Shown here piece by piece: positions 25,425-37,083 of a stretch of 64,000 nt of DNA (within the stretch, counting starts at the first letter, position 1; every line of letters begins with the position of its first letter). This DNA is from Leucoraja ocellata (taxonomy: Eukaryota), in assembly GCA_036785375.1 (NCBI GenBank), contig JAWMAR010000775.1:62001-126000 (forward strand), written 5' to 3'. Below the pieces are notes generated by a model. The model was given only the letters and a program-made list of their open reading frames with translations, made no database searches and was not told the DNA's origin. The translations under genes and the position numbers were made by a program.

Positions 25425-26025
25425 ATAGAAGCATAGAAAATAGGTGCAGGAGGAGGCCATTTGGCCCATCGATTCATTGTGATCATGGTTGATCATCCAC
25501 AATCAGTAACTCATGCCTGCCTTCTCCCCATATCCCTTGATTCCACTAGCCCCTAGAGCTCTAACTAACTCTCTTTTAAATTATTTCAGTGAATTGGCCT
25601 CTACTGCCCTCTGTGGCAGAGAATTCCACAAATTCACAACTCTCTGGGTGAAAACGTTTTTTTCACATCTCAGTTTTAAATGGCCTCCCATTTATTCTTA
25701 GACTGTGGCCTCTGGTTCTGGGCTCCCCCAACAATGGAACAATTTTCCTGCATCTAGCTTGTCCAGTCCTTTTATAATTTTATACATTTCTATAAGACTT
25801 CCTCTCATCCTTCTAAATTCCAGTGAATACAAGCCCAGTCTTTCCAATCTTTCCTCATATGACAGTCCCGCCATCCCGGGAACTAACCTCGTGAACCCAT
25901 GCTGCACTGCCTCAAATAGCAAGGATGTCCTTCCTCAAATTAGGAGACCAAAACTGCACACAATACTCCGGATGTGGTCTCACCGGGGCCCTGTACAACT
26001 GCAAGAGGACCTCTTTACTCCTATA
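25425..26025 (-). mobile_element. CR1 3' fragment
   Basis: Encodes GLSYEERLERLGLYSLEFRRMRG..; has a (ttctatg)n-type tail. Confidence 0.85.
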
Positions 26026-26674
26026 TTCACATTTTCATAGAACATTGAACAGTATAGCACAGAAACAAGACCTTCGACCCCCAATGTCTGTGCCAAACAT
26101 GTGCCTCTACCTGCATTCGATCCACATCCCTGCTTTCCTTGCACATCCATGTCCATCGATCATCATCGGCCACCCTTCCCTAATAATGTCAGTGGAGTCT
26201 CAAACGTTGGCCTATTTTCTTCTCATCCATCTCTATGGCCTTTCACATTAGCAAAAACAGAAGAGCTGCTCGAGGAACCCAATGGATCTGACAGCATTTC
26301 TGGAGGGAAATCAGAGCTGGTTGACATTGCAGGTTGAGATGCTTCATCTACACTGAAAAAGAAGAGGGGAGGTAGCCAATATAATGGGGTATGGGAGGGG
26401 GAGGGCAAGAGCTAACACAATCAGGTGCAGAGGGAACGAAGGGTAAATATGTTTTGTACCTATTCTAGCCACAAGTTCCAGCATCTGTATCTCTTGTGCC
26501 TTATTTCACCAGGACTGGCTTGCGGAAGTTGACATTAAGCTGACATTGGCAAGAACACATCAGAATTCTTTACGCGCTCTCTGCTTTTCTGCTCTAGAAA
26601 ATCTTCCATGTAGACGTCGGGATTAAGAGACTTAGTGAAATCAATAATGTGCTGGTGTATAAGTAGCAGTGTTA

Positions 26675-26984
26675 AGGGCCTGTCCCACTGTACAAGTTTA
26701 CCTAAGAGCTCTCCCGAGTTTAAAAATAAATCAAACTCATGGTAAGTACGTAGAATGTACGTAGCGGGTGCGTCGGAGCTCGGGACGTCTCTTAGCAGCT
26801 TGTAAGGCTAACGACTGGTACTCGGGAAACGAGGTAAGCTGGGGAAGATTTTTCAACAGTGCGGAGAGTGTCCATGAGAGTCCCCGAGTACCTACGAACG
26901 GCTATTACCGTAATTCTCCGAGGTCTAATCAGGGGAAACTCGGGAGAACTCGTGAATTACCTCGTACAGTGGGACAGGGGGCTT
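26675..26984. mobile_element. PIF/Harbinger-type MITE (cluster copy A)
   Basis: TIR core CCTGTCCCACTGTAC / GTACAGTGGGACAGG with TWA flanks. Confidence 0.8.
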
Positions 26985-27468
26985 AACTGTGGGAGTGGCC
27001 TTGCTCTTGGTGTTTGGAATCTGGCTGTTGGCACCATTCGTCTGAGCTGGCCTCAAACAATGACACTAACTCAAAGTTGAGATCGGTTTTAACTTGTAAT
27101 GAGCTCACACTAATGAGGCTTAACATCTTGTGCAAGATGACAGCTTTCATTTTAGTTTACTTTATATTATCACATGCGCCGTCGGTACAGTGCATAGTTT
27201 TTATTGCATGCGATTCAGTCACAGAAAAGACTGTATATGATTACAATCAAGCCACTACAGTGCACAGATAAAGGATAAAAGATGCAAAATAAAGTACGAT
27301 TAAAGATAGTTCACAGATCTTCAATGAGATAGATGGGAAGTCAAGACTGCACAAACTGGAGAGAGGACAGTTCAGTTGCTGATAACAGTTGTGAAGAAAC
27401 TTTAAAATGGAATGATATAGGATATTAAAAATGGAATGATATTAGACTATAACATGTTCCATGACTGA

Positions 27469-27798
27469 AAGCCCTGTCCCACGGTCCGAGTTCATTCCAA
27501 AAGCTCTCCCGAGTTTGCCCTGATTCAAACTCGGAGATTTACGGTAATGGCCACTCGTTGGTACTCGGGGCTCTCGTGGACATTTTTCAACACGTTGAAA
27601 AATCTTCACGAGTCTTCCCGTGCTTACCTGCCGTTAGCGAGTCTTCCCGAGTACCTGCCGTTAGCCTTACGAGCCGCCAAGAGACGTCCCCGAGCTCCGA
27701 CGTACCCGCTATGTTCATTCTCCGTGCTTACCACGAGTTTGATTTTTTTTAAACTCGGGAGAGCTTTTGAAATGAACTCGTACCGTGGGACAGGGCTT
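27469..27798. mobile_element. PIF/Harbinger-type MITE (cluster copy B, inverted relative to A and C)
   Basis: AAGCCCTGTCCCACGGT / ACCGTGGGACAGGGCTT. The interior is the reverse complement of copy C. Confidence 0.8.
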
Positions 27799-28274
27799 TA
27801 AGGAACATAATATGATCTAATTTGTCTGTATATAGCTCTTCATGTTTTTGTTCTGATATTAGCTTTAATTTGATATGTCGTGCCTTCAATTTCACCAAAC
27901 AAAAACAGTCTTCTGATAGTTTAGTTGACTTTATTCATAGAAAGATCTGATAAAAACAAGAAAATATCACATAACTATTCCTTTGCTCATTAATTAACAA
28001 TATACTCAATTTGTCATTTGTCATTCTTTGACCAAATCAAAAGCAAATCAATTGTTATAAATATTTAATTGGATATTCTGATGGAATATCATTATAAGGC
28101 GTAATACTAATAATAAAAGAAAAAATAACTATTGCCAGTAACTTCAAAGATGTCACCTCCAGACATCAGTCAGCGCCATATGATTTGTTACCTTCTCACC
28201 GATGTTCATAGTTGGACTAAAATGATTCTTCTAAACTAAAATGCCTTCAATTGCAGACACCTAAAAGAGACTAA

Positions 28275-28573
28275 AAGCCCTGTCCCACAGTACGAGTTAA
28301 AAAAAAAAAATCAAACTCGTGGTAAGCACGTAGAATGTACGTAGCGGGTACATTGGAGCTCGAGGACATCTCTTAGTGGCTCTTAACGCTAACGGCAGGT
28401 ACTCGGGAAACGCGGTAAGCTCGGGAAGACTCGTGAAGATTTTTCAACATGTTGAAAAATGTCCACGAGAGCCCCGAGTACCGACGAGCGGCCATTACCG
28501 TAAATCTCCGAGTTCGAATCAGGGCAAACTTGGGGAGAACTCTTGAATGAACTTGTACAGTAGGACAGTGCTT
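28275..28573. mobile_element. PIF/Harbinger-type MITE (cluster copy C)
   Basis: TAA|AAGCCCTGTCCCACAGTAC ... GTACAGTAGGACAGTGCTT|TTA. Confidence 0.8.
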
Positions 28574-29116
28574 TTATGACTTTGGTCATCGGCAAAGATC
28601 AACAATAGAAATTTGCAGATATTAGCCCAGGTCATGCTTGCTGTAGGAAATTATAAGTTTTTATTAAAGAACTGAAGAAAAGGAGATAGCAATGGATATA
28701 AACATATTCATATTATAATGTAGCGGAATATAACATTCGTTATTTGACTGATTTGGGCAACAAAATTCCAGCAACTGGAGGCGATACTCTATTTAGACTA
28801 TCAAACTGGCTGGAAATCAGTGGTGGCAGTTCCTTGGACAATCAGGGACTATTCCCCTTCATTTAAATCTCATGTTAAACAAAAGAGTTGAGGGAGAATA
28901 CTTATTACACGCTGAAATAATGTAGCCCACTTTGATGGAGTTGACCCAATTTCACCTATTTAAATAAATCATACCTCCATTGAATGAGGAAATGTTGACC
29001 TGATCTCCTTCATCATCACAGCACTCATCCATGCCCACCACCCTCATGCCCCTTACCTCACCAAAGACACCCTTTCTGGGTGTGGCCCATAGACCTTAAA
29101 CACGGCCACACTGTAG

Positions 29117-29249
29117 AGTCTGAAGAAGGGTCTCGACCCGAAATGTCACCCGTTCCCTCTCTCCAGAGATGCTGCCTGTCACGCTGAATTACTCCAGCAT
29201 TTTGTGTGTATCTTCGGTGTAAACTAGCATCTACCGTTCCTTCCTACAT
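29117..29249 (+). repeat. Penelope-derived short repeat with hammerhead-like core
   Basis: gtctgaagaagggtctcgacccgaaatgtcacc..agatgctgcc..ttactccagcattttgtg. Confidence 0.75.
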
Positions 29250-29421
29250 ACTGCAGATGTAGCTCCAACATCTTTATTTATTGCAAGGCAATAATTGAAT
29301 CTGGACTTGAGAGAAAGAAAACCAACTGCAAGTTTGGTTTAATAGCTGGACAGCTATAATAATGGCTGACAATGTGGAAGTTATTGAACTGCCTAAACTT
29401 AATAACCAGCCCCTTCCTGAA

Positions 29422-29768
29422 ATAATAATATAATAATAATAATTTTATTTATAAAGCACTTTAAACAACTGCAGTTGCCACAAAGTGCTGTACATGAGAA
29501 CTCATGGACACGAAGTTATTACAAACCATTAAAAACCGTAAAACAAAGGACTATAAAACAGTAAAAATTAAAAGACATTAAAAGCACTAAAACAGGAGCA
29601 ATGTCTCAGCCAGTGTCGAAAGCCAGAGAATAAAAATCAGTTTTTAGGGTGGATTTGAAGATGGATAGTGAGGGGGCCTGTCTGATGTGCAACGGCAAGG
29701 TGTTCCAGAGTGCCGGAGCAGCAACAGAAAAGACTCTATCCCCTCTGAGCTTCCGCTTAGACCTTGGT
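29422..29768 (-). mobile_element. L2-clade LINE 3' fragment with (tta)n tail
   Basis: Same family as 37084-37545. The minus strand reads FSVAAPALWNTLP. Confidence 0.75.
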
Positions 29769-30599
29769 TTACTGTTCTTTGTTGTCCATGGTTTTGCTGC
29801 TAATACACTGTGCTTAAAGAGGCTGGAGGAAAGATTGAACTCTTACTTGTAGATGTTACTGAAACTGGCATTTTACCTAAACAAATGAGGTGAGATTTAT
29901 ATTCCAGTCTTTCCCATTCTGACAAAAAAGTCTTCAAACTGAGTATTTCGTGCATTTTCCTCGACTTCAGAATTTCAACAACTGCCATAGTTTGTATCTC
30001 ACAGCTCCTGCATTGTTTCTCCTTGCTCTTCGCTATTCTCATTCATCTCCTTGTGTTTACATTTCCTCCAGACAGCCCAGCCACAATGAACAAGCCTTCA
30101 CCTCCCTCTGTCTAGCGGGGAGCATCTTCGCTGTCTCTTGTTCTCCAAACTTTCACACCAATTCCCTTTGTTCTTTCCATTTCCTTTCCTTCATTCCTTT
30201 CTCTACTCCATTCTCTCCTTCCTCTCCATGCTTGATTTCCAATTTCATTCTGTTCTGATGAAAGATCATTAACCTGTAACAAAGGTTACATTAACTTTTA
30301 TGACCTATCAAAGGTCATTACCTCTCAAAGGTCCATTAAATTTCTCTTCCTGCAGATACTGTCAAAACGTCGGATAATTTACAGCTTTTCTTTTTCAAGT
30401 CCGATGTGGCAAAGTTCAATGTACTTTGGAAATATTTAATGAATCTTGCCTTTGTACTGCTGTAACCACAACATGAAACCTCTGCGTTACCCGGTGTATG
30501 GCCAGCAGATGTATAAGATTGGCAGTGGCGTAATTTTCTGGAGACTGTTGCAACACTATGACCACCTTGAGATTTACCCAGGGATCCAAGCCCAAACCT

Positions 30600-30869
30600 A
30601 AAGGAGATGAGGAGACATTTCTTTAGTCAGAGGGTGGTGAATCTGTGGAATTTTTTGCCATAGAAGGCTGCAGAGGCCAAGTCAATGGATATTATTAAGG
30701 CAGAGATAGATTGATTTTTGATTAGTACAGGTGTCAGAGATTATGGGGAGAAGGCAGGAGAATGGGGTTAGGAAGGAGAGATTAATCAGTCATAATTGAA
30801 TGGCGGAGTAGATTTGATGGGCCGAATGATCTAATTCTACTCCCATCACTTATGACCTTATGACCTTAT
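30600..30869 (+). mobile_element. CR1 3' fragment
   Basis: Encodes EMRRHFFSQRVVNLWN..; has a (ttatgac)n tail. Confidence 0.8.
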
Positions 30870-31302
30870 ACCCTAAATCCTGCAGCTATATTCACTGAAG
30901 TGTGCTGTTTGGATGGGGCCTGTTGCGGTTCCCACTGATGTGTCCCATGAATTTGTGCATAATGTTATGGCGTTAAGGGAATCCGCAGGAATATAGATTT
31001 CAGTACTTTTGAAAGAACACTTCAGAAGCAAATGGTTAACAGCTGTACCTCGGTAGACGCGGCAATAAACTAAACTGAAACTGCACATATTCTCATAATT
31101 GTTTCTCTCAAAACAGAAGGAAGCAATTTGGTACATCGTCAATGTCGACTCTCCGACCAACCCCATCAAACCCAGACCCTGCTCATTTTCCAATTACCTA
31201 TTCTCTCTCTCCCATGCCAATTAATTCCATCCTGATTCGCCACCCACCTGCACTCAGGGGTAATTTACAGTAGCCAGTTAGTCTACACACTGGAACATCG
31301 TT

Positions 31303-31560
31303 GATTGAAGAAGGGTCTCGACCTTGAAACATCACCCATTCCTTCTCTCCAGAGATGCTGCCTGTCCCGCTGAGTTACTCCAGCTTTTTGTGTCTATTTT
31401 CGGTTTAAACCTGCAGTTCCTTCGTACACGGGACGTCTCTGGGTAGTGGGAGGACACTGGACCACTTGGTGGAAACCCACGCGGTCCCAGGGAGAACATG
31501 CAAACTCCACACAAACAGCACCAGGATCAGGATTGAAGCCTGGTGGCAGGAACTGTGAGG
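31303..31560. repeat. Penelope-derived repeat nested in a degraded minus-strand SINE
   Basis: tgaagaagggtctcgacc..agatgctgcctgtcccgctgagttactccagc, followed by SINE sequence (ggaaacccacgcggtc..caaactccacac). Confidence 0.6.
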
Positions 31561-32024
31561 CATCTGCAATTCCTGCTGCTCTAATACCTGTCGCCCTACT
31601 GCCCTCCCAGCTTCAGTCATGTCCTTGCTTGGAACTTCAGCACCAAGCCTCATGCAATGTCAGAATATATGGTGGGGGGTGGGATCAGATAGCCAACTGC
31701 CCGACCAAACCGATCAAACCATAATTACCTCATCGTGTGTCATAAAGATTTACAGTACCTTTGACTGCAGGAGGCACTAGCATTGTTGCTGTGTTGATAT
31801 ATGCTATAGAGACTCTGCAGGTAATGCCCTCTCATTTAAAGTTAATGGCTTCGGTGTGAACTCACTGAGCTTTGCATGATATTGCATGTCCTTTGGCTTG
31901 ACTCCATTATCTGAAGCATGGACCGACACTGCCATATTCATACAGTTCAGATTACATTCCCTGCATACTTACTTCTCTAAAGATGAAAAAGTTCCATTCA
32001 AAAATGGATAAATTAAATTATATG

Positions 32025-32245
32025 TAGACATAAATGCTGGAGAAACTCAGCGGGTGAGGCAGCATCTATGTCTGAAGAACGGTTTCGACCCGAAACGTTG
32101 CCTATTTCCTTCGTTGAGTCTGAAGAAGGGTTTCAACCCAAAACGTTGCCTATTTCCTTTGCTCCATAGATGCTGCCTCACCCGCTGAGTTTCTCCAGTA
32201 TTTTTGTCTGCCTTCGATTTTCTAGCATCTGCAGTTCCTTCTTGA
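32025..32245 (+). mobile_element. Penelope-derived fold-back insertion with two tandem hammerhead-like cores and a 15-bp TSD
   Basis: aaattaaattatatg at 32010-32024 and 32246-32260; inverted arms enclose two ctgaagaa..aaacgttgcctatttcc units. Confidence 0.8.
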
Positions 32246-32452
32246 AAATTAAATTATATGAATGGTTTACTGAAAAGGGTCCCTAACTGGAAATCTATTA
32301 TTGGCATAAGACCTGGTACCACTCAGACTAATATACTACGATGAATTTACTAGAAATTAGTTGAAGTAAACAAGAATTCTTGAATCATAAATCAGTACCC
32401 ATAAAGTTAACCTACCAACCTTATTATTTGTGCTATTTATTTTTAGTGTGGG

Positions 32453-32735
32453 GGCACGGTGGTGCAGCAGTAGAGTTGCTGCCTTACAGCGCCAGAGACC
32501 TGGCTTGTCCGTTGTTTGTACGTTCTCCCAGTGACCTGCGTGGGTTTTCCTCGAGAGCTCTAGTTTTCTCCCACACTTCAAAGACGTGCAGGTTTGTAGG
32601 TTAATTGGCTTGGGAATAATTGTATATTGTCCCTAGTGTGTGTAGGATAGCATTAATGTGATGGAATCGCTGGTCAGCATGGACTCGGTGGGCCGAAGAG
32701 CCTGTTTCCATGCTGTATGTCTGAACTAAACTAAA
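32453..32735 (+). mobile_element. tRNA-derived SINE, about 150 bp upstream of the DNTT exon
   Basis: SINE head and aactaaactaaa tail. Confidence 0.8.
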
Positions 32736-32882
32736 GTGTGAGAATCTGGCAGCTGGGATGGAATGATAAGCTATTTTGGATGCAAAACATAAAGATTTGT
32801 ACTTTCTACTTTCTGCCTTAACTGTGGTTTAACTTCCAAGGTAGCTATGTATCAATGTGTAACAACGCTATCTAATCCTCAG

Positions 32883-33015
32883 GGTTCTTGTACTATGAAG
32901 ATATCCTACAAGCTGTAAGCAAAGCAGAAGCTGAAGCAGTGATTCAAATAATCGAAGATATTGTCGATCAATGTACTCATGATGCCAAGGTGACTTTAAC
33001 AGGAGGATTCAGAAG
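32883..33015 (+). CDS. DNTT: TdT internal exon (exon 7 equivalent; start of palm, GGFRR motif)
   Basis: Acceptor ctaatcctcag|, donor |gtgggt; 133 bp, phase 1-2. Encodes (G)FLYYEDILQAVSKAEAEAVIQIIEDIVDQCTHDAKVTLTGGFR(R). GFLYYED is TdT-type and TGGFRR is the PolX nucleotidyltransferase signature. Confidence 0.95.
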
Positions 33016-33179
33016 GTGGGTAAAATGGAGAGAATCTAACATGTTCTAACACATTATTTTAATATGTACTGTGGTTAAGAATGCTACTTCCAGCTGTTGA
33101 AAGTCATTTGTATGAAGATGGAACAAGGAAGCTGAGAGTCATTTGAAAGGCCAGTGTTTCTCATGTACAGGTACTTGTG

Positions 33180-33460
33180 TTATCACCTTCCCCACAGTCA
33201 ACGATGGACCATTGTGGGCTCAAACTTGCCTTGGTCATCTGGCTGGCTTTGATATGTTATTTTCATATTTTTCATTCTTTTGTTCTTTGTACCTTTTCGT
33301 ACCTCTAGTTTCCCTCTCCCCCGACCCTCAGTCTGAAGAAGGGTCTCGACCCGAAACGTCACCTTTTCCTTTTCTCCAGATATGCTGCCTGTCCCACTGA
33401 ATTATTCCAGCATTTTGTGTCTATCTTTGGTATAAACCAGCACCTGCAGTTCCTTCCTAC
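33180..33460 (+). mobile_element. Penelope 3' UTR/pLTR fragment with the best-preserved hammerhead-like core (33331-33362)
   Basis: gt-CTGAAGA-a-GGGT(ctcg)ACCC-GAAAC-GTC-ac. Confidence 0.75.
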
Positions 33461-34039
33461 CCTGATTGATCATGTAATTGCCTGTTTGTTGATGTGCATT
33501 CTGAAATAATGATTACATTTTATTATTTTTCAAGTGTTTTAAGAGTATTATTTGTTCTGATTTGCTTCTTATTTTTGGAATGTATATTTGAATGCCACAT
33601 TTTAATTTCAGCAGCTGGCTGTTTTGCATTCTTAGGAATAATTAGGAACCTCAGTGACACTGAGGACATTTCAGGTCATGTGTAAAGTCTGAACTAGGCA
33701 GAGGAGATTAGCTGCTCTGATGTTTCTGGATATTCTGGGTGGTGGACTCATCCACCTATTGTGACCTGGAATTTGCTCTGATATTTCTGAGTCTTGGTAT
33801 CATCCATTAATGACCAGAAATTCTGGGTCAAATCCAGGAATTTCCCATGTACATCTTTTGGATTGGAGCTACTTAGCAGTAAGATGTGATGCTTTTCATT
33901 GGTATCATGCTTGTACACTGTATGCAGACCCATAACTACATAGCATTGTTGTCTTTCATAAATGGGCTAAATGTTCCTGTCCATATCATTTCAAAATTAC
34001 TTTTCTTATTATCCACAATGGGATTATTTCCAAAAAACC

Positions 34040-34208
34040 CTACAAAGTGCTGGAGTAATTTAACAGGTCAGTCAGCATCCCCGGAGAACATGAGCAGAAG
34101 AAGGGTCCCGACCCGAAACATCATCTCTCCATGTTCTCCAGAGATGCTGCCTGACCTGTTGAGTTACTCCAGTACTGTGTCTTTTTTTGTAAACCAGCAT
34201 CTGCCTAC
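34040..34208. repeat. Fold-back Penelope-derived repeat
   Basis: gtgctggagtaa..aacaggtcag is inverted against ctgacctgtt..ttactccagtac. Confidence 0.65.
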
Positions 34209-34225
34209 AAGCATCTGCTTACATC

Positions 34226-34568
34226 TGTTTATAAGAATGATCCCAAGAATGAGTGGGTTAACCTATGATGAGTGTTTGTCGGCATTGGGCCTGTACTCGC
34301 TTGGGATTAGAAGAATGAGGGGGAAGCTCATTGAAACGTACAGAAAAGTGAAAGGCTTGGTTAGAGTGGATGTGGAGAGGATGTTTCCATTAGTGGAAGA
34401 GTTTAGGACTAGAGGTCATAGCTTCAGAATTAAAGGATGTTATTTTAGGAAGGAGATGAGGAGAAATTTATTTAGTGAGAGGGTGGTGAATGTGGAATTC
34501 TTTGCCGCAGAAGGCTGTGGAGGCCAAGTCAGTGGATTAACGCAGAGATAGATAGATTCTTGATTAGA
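34226..34568 (+). mobile_element. CR1 3' fragment
   Basis: Encodes RMIPRMSGLTYDECLSALGLYSL..RRMRG..RTRGHS. Confidence 0.8.
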
Positions 34569-36255
34569 ACTTCATTGTTATTGTACAATTTACAGTGTAA
34601 CAGAGTTTTATGTTTTACACTGCGTAAATAATCATAATCATAATCATAACAGTAATTTATTAGCCAAGTATGTTTTGCAACATACACAAGGAATTTGATT
34701 TGCCGTACAGTCACATCAATAAAGAGCAACAAGACAGCCAAATGCATTTTTAACATGAACATCCACCACAGCGGAACATCCACAACAAATGGAAAAAATA
34801 TTCAGGCTTTCATAGCTTAAACTTTACATTAATTAAAATACTTCAGCATTTAAATTCATCACATTTCATACATTAAATAATTCCCTTTACTTTTGAGCAT
34901 ATGTTCATTTATTTTTGAGAGGAGGTTTCCCATGTTTTTAGTGAGCCCAGTATGTCAGGGTTGTAGATATAAGCAAAATGCATCAAGGTAAATAATGCAA
35001 CACTTGGATATTGGATCATATTTCTAGTTTATAATGGTGTGAATTACATAGTAGATTTATGTTAACACTACCATTTGGATCCAGCACCAAGCAGTGATAT
35101 CATATAAAATGACCGGCACTGTTATTAATACAGTTTATTGAAAGCTTCACTGTTAATCATCAATAGTACAACATTTCACCTTCATTTACATTATACAATG
35201 AAAGGAGTTAAAAGGGTCATGCAGCGGCTGGTATTCCTGTTTCAACAGCTTCAGGGATCAGATGCAGACTGCAAGGAAATATCCCTGTAACTGTGTTTGG
35301 CTTCCTCTGGGTGCTCCGGTTTCATCCCATATTCCAAAGGTTGATATATTTGGTTACTACGGATTATGTTTTGGTATAGATCAGTAAAAAAGAGGTACTG
35401 ATGGGGGTGTGGGATGGAATATGTTTCAAGGCTACAGGGAAATAAGGAAGGGAGGGGAGGTGGAGGATGGAACAGATTGACTTTCTCTGCTGAAAGCTAG
35501 CATGGGCACAACAGACTTTATGGCCTCATTTGTGTTGCAGCGAATACATTGAAACTGTTGAAATATTAGCAGGTATCCCAGGGAATTCTGTCTAGACCAA
35601 TGCGTCAGTGAAAGCAATCATGAACTGGCAGCACCAAATTAAATAACCTCATCCTTTTGAGAGGTGAGAAGATCTGTACCATGTAGGTAAGCATCAGAAC
35701 ATCTGCACAACACATTTTTAATGTACAAAGACCAACAAAAGAGGAAGAGTCCCGACCCAGAATGTGACCTATCCATTTTCTCCAGAGATGTTGTCTGACC
35801 CATTGAGTTACTCCAACATTTTGTGTCTATCCAACTAAAAAGGCATTGTTTTGGTATGTGATATTGTTTTAAGTTCCGACCATCTTCACTCTCTTGGCTC
35901 ACTGAGCTGGACCTTTTCTTTCTCCTCCTTCTCTTCTTTCCCCATCACAAATCCTCCCTCTCCTAAGCACAAAGAGGAAGGATGTAAGTATAAAAGAAAT
36001 ATGAAATTGTATTCCAGAAAGAATCATTCCTTGGCTAGAAGATGTAAATAATTTACAATACCTTGATTTCTGTTCACAGCTTTTTCAGTAGTTTAGGACT
36101 TGTGATTCTATCATTTTAGCATCATGGGTAAATAACACGAGGCAGGGTCTTACACGATTAATACGATGAAGAATTTGCTGGTTAATTTACATCACTATTT
36201 CTATCATGGATTGTGTGTATTCTTCAAGAACTGTAACTGAAACAACTAGATACTT

Positions 36256-36836
36256 AGAGACATAGAGAGATGCAGCGTTGAAACAGGCCCTTCGGCCCAA
36301 CTTGCACAGACCAGCCAACACGTCCCAGCTACACTAGTCCAACCTTCCCGTGTTTGGTCCATATCCCTCCGAACTTGTCCTATCCATGTACCTCTCTAAC
36401 TGTTTCTTAAATGTTGGGATAGTCCCAGCTGCAACTACCTCCTCTGGTAGCTTGTTCCACCCACTGAGTTAAAAAAATTACCCCGCAGATTCCTATTAAA
36501 TCTTTTCCCCTTCACCTTAAACCTATGTCCTCTGGTCCTCGATTCATCTACTCTGGGCAAGAGACTCTGTGCATCTCCCTGATCTATTCCTCTCAACATA
36601 TTATACACCTCCATAAGATCACCCCTCATCCTCCTGTGTTCCAAGAAATAGAGTCCCAGCCTACTCAACCTCTCCCTATAGCTCAGACCCTTTAGACCTG
36701 GCAACATCCTCGTACATTATCTCTGTACCCTTTCCAGTTTGACAACATCTTTCCTAGAACACGGTGCCCAGAAATGAACACTATACTCTAACCGCGGCCT
36801 CACCAACGTCTTATACAACTGCAACATGGCCTCCCA
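36256..36836 (-). mobile_element. CR1 3' fragment
   Basis: Encodes MLPGLKGLSYRERLSRLGLY..RRMRGDL..RTRGH. Confidence 0.85.
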
Positions 36837-36837
36837 G

Positions 36838-36952
36838 CAGATGCTAGTTTAAACCGAAGATAGACACAAAATGCTGGAGTAACAGCGGGTCAGGCAACAT
36901 CTCTGGCTTTAAAGAATGGGTGATATTTCGGGTCGAGACCCTTCTTCAGACC
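36838..36952 (-). repeat. Penelope-derived repeat with hammerhead-like core
   Basis: Minus strand reads ggtCTGAAGAagggtctcgacccGAAATATCacc. Confidence 0.7.
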
Positions 36953-37083
36953 TTCCTGAATTTTACCGATTCTCATCAGTTTATTTTTCTCCTCCTTGCA
37001 AAGTTTTCAGCTCCAGCTGTTTAAGGCCGGATCATATGGTAAAATAACTCCCTAAATTGAATGAGAATATCCTTAAAACATTT

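Noticed and set aside
16971-33015. Assignment as POLM
   Set aside because: LAENCEF, LKSLP, PCLG, FTSVF and GFLYYED favour TdT; only the KTAD.WY patch is Pol mu-like.
33886-34551. 221-aa ORF
   Set aside because: A chance read-through across unique DNA, a Penelope repeat and a CR1 fragment.
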